Source of the DNA: a virus
Lineage: Duplodnaviria > Caudoviricetes
Length of the DNA: 64,000 bases
Virus record (IMG/VR): IMGVR_UViG_3300027804_001810
Location: 1-64,000 of that record
Direction: 5' to 3' (one strand)
Made by a program: the position numbers and the translations under genes. The notes below the pieces were generated by a model. The model made no database searches, was not told where the DNA came from, and was given only the letters and a program-made list of their open reading frames with translations. How positions within the stretch are numbered: position 1 is the first letter of the stretch; every line of letters begins with the position of its first letter. This document shows, piece after piece, positions 56,918 through 64,000 of the stretch.

Positions 56918-56997
56918 TGCCCAAGAGAGGACTCGAACCTCCACGCCGAAGCACATGATCCTAAGTCATGCGTGTATACCAGTTTCACCACTTGGGC
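56918..56997 (-). tRNA. tRNA-Leu(TAG)
   Basis: Variable arm, anticodon loop CTTAGGA. Confidence 0.93.
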
Positions 56998-56999
56998 AA

Positions 57000-57072
57000 T
57001 GGAGAATAGGGGACTCGAACCCCTCACCCCTGCCGTGCAAAGGCAGTGCTCTACCAAATGAGCTAATTCCCC
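57000..57072 (-). tRNA. tRNA-Ala(TGC)
   Basis: Cloverleaf, G3:U70 pair, anticodon loop TTTGCAC. Confidence 0.95.
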
Positions 57073-57087
57073 AATGAGACCATTATA

Positions 57088-57516
57088 TCACCGAAGTGGC
57101 ATAAGGTCAAATAGTTCTGGATGAAGTTGACCATACTTTCTCATTAATTCGCCTGCTTTTGCATTTGCTTGATTTTCAGTTGGACTTCCAGCATGAGAAC
57201 TTTTACGGTCTAAACCTTTTTCAATATGCTGCTTATAATGAACATATTCATGAGCAAGAGTTCTCAATATATCAATAGGATGACGATTGATAATACTTAA
57301 GTGAATAGTATTATCTTTTGTTATTTCCCCGAATGCTGCAATTCTTTTTGCAAAGTCAGCATCATCTATAAGAATTACTGGAATATCATAAGTAAGACGC
57401 AACTCTCTTTTTAAAAAGACAACGAATCTCTTTAGAATTGCGTCAAACTGAATTTGAGTCGTTGGTCTTCCTTTTCTTTTGCCAAGAAGAGACATATTTT
57501 TTGAAATATTTATCAA
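57088..57516 (-). CDS. HExxH metallopeptidase-like protein
   Basis: TLAHEYVHYKQ...ENQAN. Confidence 0.72.
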   Translation of the reverse strand: MINISKNMSLLGKRKGRPTTQIQFDAILKRFVVFLKRELRLTYDIPVILIDDADFAKRIAAFGEITKDNTIHLSIINRHPIDILRTLAHEYVHYKQHIEKGLDRKSSHAGSPTENQANAKAGELMRKYGQLHPELFDLMPLR

Positions 57517-57698
57517 ACGCCAAGCACGGCACCAATGCTCTCATCAATGTCTTGGATGACTGTACGAATATCAGAGATGCGGGGAGGAACACTTACTTCA
57601 TCATAAGTATATCCTTTTTGTGCTTCAAAAAGGATTTGACGAACTGCAGCGGCAGAACGGGCATCCATTTTAATTGTTACTTTTTTATCTTTAGTCAT
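57513..57698 (-). CDS. Hypothetical protein
   Basis: ORF coupled to mazG. Confidence 0.72.
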   Translation of the reverse strand: MTKDKKVTIKMDARSAAAVRQILFEAQKGYTYDEVSVPPRISDIRTVIQDIDESIGAVLGV

Positions 57699-58111
57699 CG
57701 GTCGTCAGCAGCACGGTTTTCAGAGAAATAAACATCAAAAGCACCTTCAGGATAACGCTTGAGAAGTTTTTGAACATTACGAGCAACTACTTCGTCAAGA
57801 GTTACTTCAAGTGCCATACAAGCCTGGGCAACATACCACATAATGTCACCCAGTTCGATAATCATATGCTCTCGATTATCTTCATTGAAAGGTTTGCCTT
57901 GGAAGATCATTTTCTTTACGATTTCCATAAACTCACCGCCTTCAGCATTGATACCAACAGCAGCAGTCAAGAGACGCTCAATATTGGCGCCCTTCTCATC
58001 AAGGGCAACAAGACGGTCAGACAGAGAAAGAAAGTCTTTGGATGCATCGGAAGTTACAGCATCCACAAACTCGGCATACTTATCAAAATTAACGTGTTTA
58101 GCAGTTTCCAT
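57695..58111 (-). CDS. mazG: MazG-like NTP pyrophosphohydrolase
   Basis: EGGEFMEIVKK, ELGDIMWY, KLLKRYP. Confidence 0.93.
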   Translation of the reverse strand: METAKHVNFDKYAEFVDAVTSDASKDFLSLSDRLVALDEKGANIERLLTAAVGINAEGGEFMEIVKKMIFQGKPFNEDNREHMIIELGDIMWYVAQACMALEVTLDEVVARNVQKLLKRYPEGAFDVYFSENRAADDR

Positions 58112-59490
58112 TAAAATTTAAATCCTTCAAACGACTTTTTAGGTTTCTTGTCTTCGTAATCATTATACTCGTCTTCGTTTCCAGAGTCAAGTATGTCTTT
58201 TTGTGCTGACTGTTCACAATCGTACAGTCTCATTTTAGCACGATCAATACCCACAATGAAACGCTTAAAGATTGTGGGATCATTGTATCTGTTCTTCAAC
58301 TGCTTCACCATAATCTGTCCCAACCCCTCCAACTCTTCAGTGCTAATAAGGGCAAACATAAGATCAGCAGTAGCAGGGAGACCAAAGGACTCACTAGTAT
58401 CAGTAAGTTCAACATCAGAGTTCCCATAACCACTGCGGGTAGTCTGGGTAGCAGAGACAATGGGAACATTGAATTCCACCGCCAAACCGCGAAGTTCTTC
58501 TGCAATTGACTTGATATATGAATAAGAATTGATAGAGCTGTTTGCCTTATGCCTAGAGGAAGCACAAATATTAAGGTAATCAATGAAAATAATATCAGGT
58601 CTAAATGATTTCTTAAGAGCAAGTTCATTGAGAAGTGCCTTGAAATGTCCTGAATGTGCAGAAGCAGTGGGGTATTCTTTGATTACCAAAGAACCTTGTG
58701 TCTTCTTTGCAATACTATTTACTTTCGTTTCAAACATTTGGCGCGGTAAATCAACCAGTTGTTGAATCGGGACATTGAGAAGGTTTGCGTCAATTCTTTC
58801 TGCAATTCGCTCTTCCGCCATTTCAAGAGTGATATAGAGTACATTCCTACCCTGTAACAAGGCGGCGCTAGCCACATGACACATAAACAGTGATTTCCCA
58901 ACACCCGTTCCAGCGAGAGCAATATTGAGAGTCTTGTTAGGTAAACCACCTTTAGTGATTTTGTTGAAATATTCCAGGTCAAACTCGATTTTATCTTCTT
59001 TACGGTGGTAAAATTCATAACGCTCCTCATAATTCTGAAGATAATCGTGTCCGATATTGTTATCAAATGATACTGCTAAAGCATCAGAAAGAATGCTTGG
59101 AATCGCATCACGATTTTTCTTCCCATCATTACCATCAGCAATATGAATTGATTCCATCAAAGCAAGATAAATTGCTCTATCTCGACACCACTTTTCAGTC
59201 GTATCAAGCAACCACTGCTGTTCCACAACACCATTATGAAATCCAGAATTGAGTTCCCGAATCTCTTTAATTTCAGACTCATTAAGGTCTGTGCGATTTT
59301 CTATCTCAATCGCAAGTGCTTCTGTTGTAATTGCTGATCCATATTTAACAATGAACTTAACAATTTCCTCAAATACGACCTTTTCGGATCTTTGCTCAAA
59401 ATAATCTGGTTGTATAAAAGGTATGACTTTTCTGGAGTAATCTTCATTGAATATCAGGTTTCTTAAAATTGTAAGTTCAAGTCGTTCCAT
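58111..59490 (-). CDS. gp41: Replicative DNA helicase
   Basis: AGTGVGKS, IDYLNI, TQTTR, SESFG. Confidence 0.97.
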   Translation of the reverse strand: MERLELTILRNLIFNEDYSRKVIPFIQPDYFEQRSEKVVFEEIVKFIVKYGSAITTEALAIEIENRTDLNESEIKEIRELNSGFHNGVVEQQWLLDTTEKWCRDRAIYLALMESIHIADGNDGKKNRDAIPSILSDALAVSFDNNIGHDYLQNYEERYEFYHRKEDKIEFDLEYFNKITKGGLPNKTLNIALAGTGVGKSLFMCHVASAALLQGRNVLYITLEMAEERIAERIDANLLNVPIQQLVDLPRQMFETKVNSIAKKTQGSLVIKEYPTASAHSGHFKALLNELALKKSFRPDIIFIDYLNICASSRHKANSSINSYSYIKSIAEELRGLAVEFNVPIVSATQTTRSGYGNSDVELTDTSESFGLPATADLMFALISTEELEGLGQIMVKQLKNRYNDPTIFKRFIVGIDRAKMRLYDCEQSAQKDILDSGNEDEYNDYEDKKPKKSFEGFKF

Positions 59491-60068
59491 TACTTATAAT
59501 GCAAATAGGCACTCATAATATACTTTGGACCACTGATAGGAGGTTCCCCCTTATGAGGAAACATCCAAAGTGGAGGAAACATAATTAAAGTTCCCTGTTT
59601 TGGTTGAATTTGAACATCCTTGAAAATAGTTTGACCACCACTTTCAACGTCATTCAAATACCACATAAACGATAAAAATCTACGGGCGGTCCCATAGTCT
59701 ACCACATCTACGTGCGTATCAAACTGATCAACACCGTTTGGTTCGTATTTTTTAATACGAAATTGTTCTAAAGCGTGATCTTCTGGAAATACACGCTTAT
59801 CTACAAACTCATAATACTTATCACGATATTCAAAAATCTTTTTGATGATATGATTATGAACCTGACTAACTTCTGGGGTTAATTCACGATTTTCTGTAAT
59901 ATTAAACTGAGTAAAGTTAGGTTTTCCTTCGTTATCAAGGCGCTCGTGTTGATCAGGAACCTGATCAAATAAACTAATTAAAAAATTACATACATCAGGT
60001 TCAAGAGCATTCTCGTAGATATGAATGAGATCTTGAAGTTCATCCATAGGAGAATTCGCCTTTAGCAA
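59490..60068 (-). CDS. 2OG-Fe(II) oxygenase
   Basis: HVD, YLND, HKG, KY. Confidence 0.9.
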   Translation of the reverse strand: MLKANSPMDELQDLIHIYENALEPDVCNFLISLFDQVPDQHERLDNEGKPNFTQFNITENRELTPEVSQVHNHIIKKIFEYRDKYYEFVDKRVFPEDHALEQFRIKKYEPNGVDQFDTHVDVVDYGTARRFLSFMWYLNDVESGGQTIFKDVQIQPKQGTLIMFPPLWMFPHKGEPPISGPKYIMSAYLHYK

Positions 60069-61041
60069 TCACATCCAGTTTCTGCATTACTTCTTCAGTA
60101 AAGTATTCTTCTGGATTTGCCAAAATCTGTTTGGCATAAATTTTCTTACCATCCATTTCATAACGCCCCGCAACATTCTTCCAGAGTCCGCCGAGTTCCC
60201 CGAGTTCCAGAAGACCATAATAGCGATCAAGACCACGCTCATCATAAAATAAACGGACTTCAACGTCTTGGTTCTCCTTACTTAAACGCGACTTAGCAGT
60301 CTTTGCCTTGATAATGTTTCCAACGACTTCTGTTCCATCTTTTTCTTTTTTCTTTGAGAGATATATGATAGTAGAAGCGGCATACTTAAGACCACTACCA
60401 CCCCCCATCTCCTTAGTAGGAACATAAGCACCGATGACATCGTAGGTATGGTTGGTTACAATCATTGGAATATTCGCCTGCCCCAACTTAAGGGTAAGCA
60501 TACGGAAAGCACCTTTGACAAGTTGTGATTTGGTCATGTCACGAACCTGCTTATCATTCAGTGCATCAGTAATCTCTTTCTCGGTTGAGAGCATACCCAA
60601 AGAGTCTAATACAAACATACAAGGTTTGCGTTCTCCTTCAGGTTTTTTTAAGTAAATATCTACTGCCTTGAGTGCCTTTCCACGAAACTCTTCAACAGTA
60701 ACAACATTGACAACCACAAGACGAGAAGTATCAATTCCACGTGATTCTAATAGGGATTTGGTAATAGCGGCTTCAGTATCAAAGTAGAGACAATAACCAT
60801 CGGTATTATTGTCAAGGAAATTCTTAACCACAGCGAGAGAAAAGAAAGTCTTTCCAGTACTAGACTCTCCAGCAATAGCAGTAATCTTATTGCCAGATAC
60901 ACCGCCAAATATACTACCTGAAACCAGTGCATTAAAAATGTACGAACCCGTGTCAACATAAGTCTCAGTCTCATCAATATCAGAAGCGAGTTTCGTATAC
61001 TCGCCACCAACTTCTTTTACAATTTCTTTTAGAAAATCCAT
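60040..61041 (-). CDS. uvsX: RecA-like recombinase
   Basis: [23 protein letters not shown]. Confidence 0.96.
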   Translation of the reverse strand: MDFLKEIVKEVGGEYTKLASDIDETETYVDTGSYIFNALVSGSIFGGVSGNKITAIAGESSTGKTFFSLAVVKNFLDNNTDGYCLYFDTEAAITKSLLESRGIDTSRLVVVNVVTVEEFRGKALKAVDIYLKKPEGERKPCMFVLDSLGMLSTEKEITDALNDKQVRDMTKSQLVKGAFRMLTLKLGQANIPMIVTNHTYDVIGAYVPTKEMGGGSGLKYAASTIIYLSKKKEKDGTEVVGNIIKAKTAKSRLSKENQDVEVRLFYDERGLDRYYGLLELGELGGLWKNVAGRYEMDGKKIYAKQILANPEEYFTEEVMQKLDVIAKGEFSYG

Positions 61042-61205
61042 CAGCACACCATCCCGTATTCTTCACGAAGTATTTTTTTATAAGGTAAACCTTGTTCTTT
61101 AAGTTCTTTAACCAGTTTCAGTTTATGATACAAAGCGGCATCTCCACCAAAACCAAGTGCCTTTACAATCGTATCCAGTTCGTTATCATTAATAGGCAAG
61201 TCCAT
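61041..61205 (-). CDS. Small hypothetical protein, 54 aa ([21 protein letters not shown]...)
   Basis: Manual translation; coupled to both gp43 and uvsX. Confidence 0.75.
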   Translation of the reverse strand: MDLPINDNELDTIVKALGFGGDAALYHKLKLVKELKEQGLPYKKILREEYGMVC

Positions 61206-63706
61206 TAAGCAAAAAATAGTTCAAGGTTTACGGTTTTTTCCACGTTCCATCCAATAGAATCAAGGATGGATTTCAGTGGTTCTACAAAACTCTTTTCAAA
61301 TTGTAGTTCATAGTCGATGTATTTGTCAAGACCAAGTTCTTTGGGAAAATCTTGAATAAAAGAAATAATATTTTCTTGAATGATATTTGGTTTTTTTAGA
61401 TAAACAAACTTGATCTTTTCACCATTTGCAATGAGTGAATACTTGTTTGTCAGTTTTTTTTCTTTTATGTAATGATTAAAAAGAAGTGCTCCACGAATAT
61501 GAATGGGAGTTCCTTTGTTGTAAATATCGGAAGATGAATAATACTTACGAACATCAGAAGCAGTTCGTGGAAAAGCAATCTGTTCTGGTGGTAAAGATTT
61601 AAACTCTTCGCGGCACTTATCAATAAAGTTGATCACATCTTCTTCAGTTCCACTCATCATTAGTTTCAGACCATCCTTAATCATCTGACGGCAAGGAGCA
61701 GGAGTAGAAGACTTAACTGCCTCAATGCCCATCATCTTCAGTTTAGGTTCTTCATAACGAACACCTTCGCTATCCCAGACGTTCAGAATGTATCGTTTCT
61801 TGGCAGTCCAGATTCCACGTTCAGCAATGTTCTCACGCTTCATCTGCATCTTCTGGTCATATGCGTTCACATAGGTCGCCAGTTCTTGGTAGCAACCTTC
61901 AATATACTTTTCAAATTCCACCTGACAGACCTTATCAAGGAACGAAACAACGCTTTGAGTAGTTTTCTCTCTTCCCTTGTATACACTTTCAACCAAAGGA
62001 CCCATATTAAGATAGATAGAGTCAGTATCTGAAGCAATAACATAATCCACTCCGTCAGTTTTTAGAATCTTATTGAGATAGGCATTCATCTTGTTCTCAA
62101 TCCAACGGATAGAAACCTGACCAGACAAGGTGATTGCCTCAGCATTTGCTAGTTTGTAGTAACGGAAATACTGATTGCCGATAGCACCATAAGCAGAGTT
62201 AAGTTGAATCTTCCTCGCCATTTGGATGTTGTTGCACCTTGCAATCTCTTTTTCCAACTCTTTCGTCTTTTTCTTTTCATATTCTTGTTTAGCAGCAAGC
62301 ATCTTCTTTTTGTAAATGGTGCGATCTTTGTAGATCTTTTCCATCAGTTCTGGAAGAAATCCACGAACATCCTTGCGGAACATTGCACCGTTCGCGCAAA
62401 CCGCGTAGTCTTTATACAACTCAAAGTTAGTCTGTTGATTGAGAATTTTATCAACAGTTACATTTGGATGCCTCTCTTCCAGAAGAGTTTCTGGCGAGAT
62501 GTTGTATTGCATAATGAGGTGAGGGTATAGCGAGTTGAGGTCAAAAGACACAACCCAGTCATACTTTCCAGGAATAGGTTCCTTAACATACGCACCAGCA
62601 TACTTGGAATCTTTATCAGAACGTTCTTTAGGAGGAATCACAATGTTCCTCTTTTTCAGATAGTTGTAGATGATGGTATCCCACATTCGGACTTGTGAAA
62701 ACACATCTGTATAGTTTGCTTTGGCGTCATATGCCATCGTCAAAGCAAGTTCAATCAGTTTCATCTTGTCTTCCAAACGGTCAACAAGTTCTACGTCGAT
62801 GATGTTATATTCTACAAACTTCTGCCAACCTTTGGTATAAAAGTCTTTGAAAGTATCAAACTCAGAGTGGTCAAGTTTTTTCTGACCAAGTTCTACACTT
62901 GCAATATAATCAAGACGATAAGATTCCTGTGCTTTGTAAGTAAACTTCTTATAAAGATTCAGATAATCAAGTTGACTAATACCACCAACATCATATGAAA
63001 TATGCTTACGACCAGCAATATAAATCTCACTTTCAGTCACAAGACCCCAAGGAGACATGCGCTTCATGAGTTTTTCACCAAGAACACGATCAAGACGGCG
63101 AACCAAATATGGAATATCATACAGTTCAGTATTCCAACCAGTCACAACCTCTGGAGTATTATCCTCAACCATCCACCAATTGATGAAATCCATAAGAAGA
63201 TCACGCTCATTATCAAATGAACGGTAAATTACATTATTCTGCTGATTCTTAAATGGACCCATACCCCAAGTACGAATCTGTTTAGATGAATAGTCCTGAA
63301 TCGTAATCAAGAGAACTTCCTCGGCAGCAGACTCTACATCAGGAAATCCATTCTCTGATGCAACCTCAATATCAAGAGTGGTAACCTTAACTTTACTAAT
63401 GTCAAACTTCAACTCTTCCTCTGGATACATTTCAGAAATGTACTGATAAATGTATTGACTGTTTCCGTAGATCTTAAAGTTTTCTACACCCTCATACTTT
63501 TTAATAAACTCACGACAATCACGAACGGAACCAGGATGAACTGCTTCCACATACTCACCATTTAGAGTCTGATATTTAGTTTTCTTTTGAGAAGGGACAA
63601 AAAGAGTCGGGTTAAACTTCTCACGGGTCATAAAGTGTTTACCATCTTCATAACCACGGACCAAGAAGTGATCCCCGACCATTTGAACGTTTGTATAAAA
63701 GCGCAT
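61205..63706 (-). CDS. gp43: Family B DNA polymerase
   Basis: DIE exonuclease, SFDLNSLYP, KIQLNSAYG, DTDS. Confidence 0.98.
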   Translation of the reverse strand: MRFYTNVQMVGDHFLVRGYEDGKHFMTREKFNPTLFVPSQKKTKYQTLNGEYVEAVHPGSVRDCREFIKKYEGVENFKIYGNSQYIYQYISEMYPEEELKFDISKVKVTTLDIEVASENGFPDVESAAEEVLLITIQDYSSKQIRTWGMGPFKNQQNNVIYRSFDNERDLLMDFINWWMVEDNTPEVVTGWNTELYDIPYLVRRLDRVLGEKLMKRMSPWGLVTESEIYIAGRKHISYDVGGISQLDYLNLYKKFTYKAQESYRLDYIASVELGQKKLDHSEFDTFKDFYTKGWQKFVEYNIIDVELVDRLEDKMKLIELALTMAYDAKANYTDVFSQVRMWDTIIYNYLKKRNIVIPPKERSDKDSKYAGAYVKEPIPGKYDWVVSFDLNSLYPHLIMQYNISPETLLEERHPNVTVDKILNQQTNFELYKDYAVCANGAMFRKDVRGFLPELMEKIYKDRTIYKKKMLAAKQEYEKKKTKELEKEIARCNNIQMARKIQLNSAYGAIGNQYFRYYKLANAEAITLSGQVSIRWIENKMNAYLNKILKTDGVDYVIASDTDSIYLNMGPLVESVYKGREKTTQSVVSFLDKVCQVEFEKYIEGCYQELATYVNAYDQKMQMKRENIAERGIWTAKKRYILNVWDSEGVRYEEPKLKMMGIEAVKSSTPAPCRQMIKDGLKLMMSGTEEDVINFIDKCREEFKSLPPEQIAFPRTASDVRKYYSSSDIYNKGTPIHIRGALLFNHYIKEKKLTNKYSLIANGEKIKFVYLKKPNIIQENIISFIQDFPKELGLDKYIDYELQFEKSFVEPLKSILDSIGWNVEKTVNLELFFA

Positions 63707-63960
63707 TATGCAGTCAATTCAAGATACTTTTCAATAATTTCTTCTTTTGGATCAACAATAGTAAGAATACTATCAGAGTGAATCATCATTTCTCTTTGGT
63801 CCGTTATGTCTGGCCAAGGAGTTAAATTTCCTTCAGCATCAATGCGGAACGGATTAATTAATTTACAATCTGGTTCTCCAAGTTCGGAACCGATTTCGAT
63901 AATTTCAGTAACAATTACGTTATCAACTTTCAGTAAAAGACACTTGACTGTCTTGCTCAT
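63706..63960 (-). CDS. Hypothetical protein
   Basis: ORF coupled to gp43. Confidence 0.78.
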   Translation of the reverse strand: MSKTVKCLLLKVDNVIVTEIIEIGSELGEPDCKLINPFRIDAEGNLTPWPDITDQREMMIHSDSILTIVDPKEEIIEKYLELTA

Positions 63961-64000
63961 TTACTTTCTCCTCATACATTTCTTTAATGGTTTTAATTGG
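63923..64000 (-). CDS. 3' end of a hypothetical protein (...PIKTIKEMYEEKVNEQDSQVSFTES)
   Basis: Manual translation; truncated by the window edge. Confidence 0.55.
   Translation of the reverse strand, partial: PIKTIKEMYEEKVNEQDSQVSFTES

Noticed and set aside
46307-63706. Introns or inteins in nrdA, nrdB, gp41 or gp43
   Set aside because: All are continuous ORFs of normal length with no splice or intein motifs

Overview
A 64-kb segment of a T4-like cyanophage (Kyanoviridae-type myovirus, probably infecting a picocyanobacterium), with almost all genes on the minus strand. From left to right it holds: petF and hli; a ~25-kb, ~30-gene nucleotide-sugar/glycosyltransferase cluster (750-25981); a tRNA- and AMG-rich accessory region (wcaG-like RNA, PTOX, Dps, PstS, a cyanobacterial porin, an HNH endonuclease, 7 tRNAs); a cell-envelope/lysis block (tail-lysozyme-like protein, a plus-strand 4-gene cassette, SNase, lipase, beta-barrel proteins, GH24 lysozyme, C39 peptidase); and the T4 core (nrdB, nrdA, gp61, late virion-type ORFs, 2 more tRNAs, mazG, gp41, uvsX, gp43). 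The best candidate for a new system is the contiguous RfbH(E1) / YerE-like ThDP enzyme / intact PanB / SDR module, which may make an undescribed branched-chain deoxysugar. Other highlights: a kink-turn small RNA with its own sigma70 promoter upstream of tRNA-Gly, several highly structured leaders, Pho-box-like repeats before both porin and pstS, and a duplicated nrdA 3' end bridged to nrdB by two coupled mini-ORFs. All calls come from reading motifs by eye; no database searches were run.
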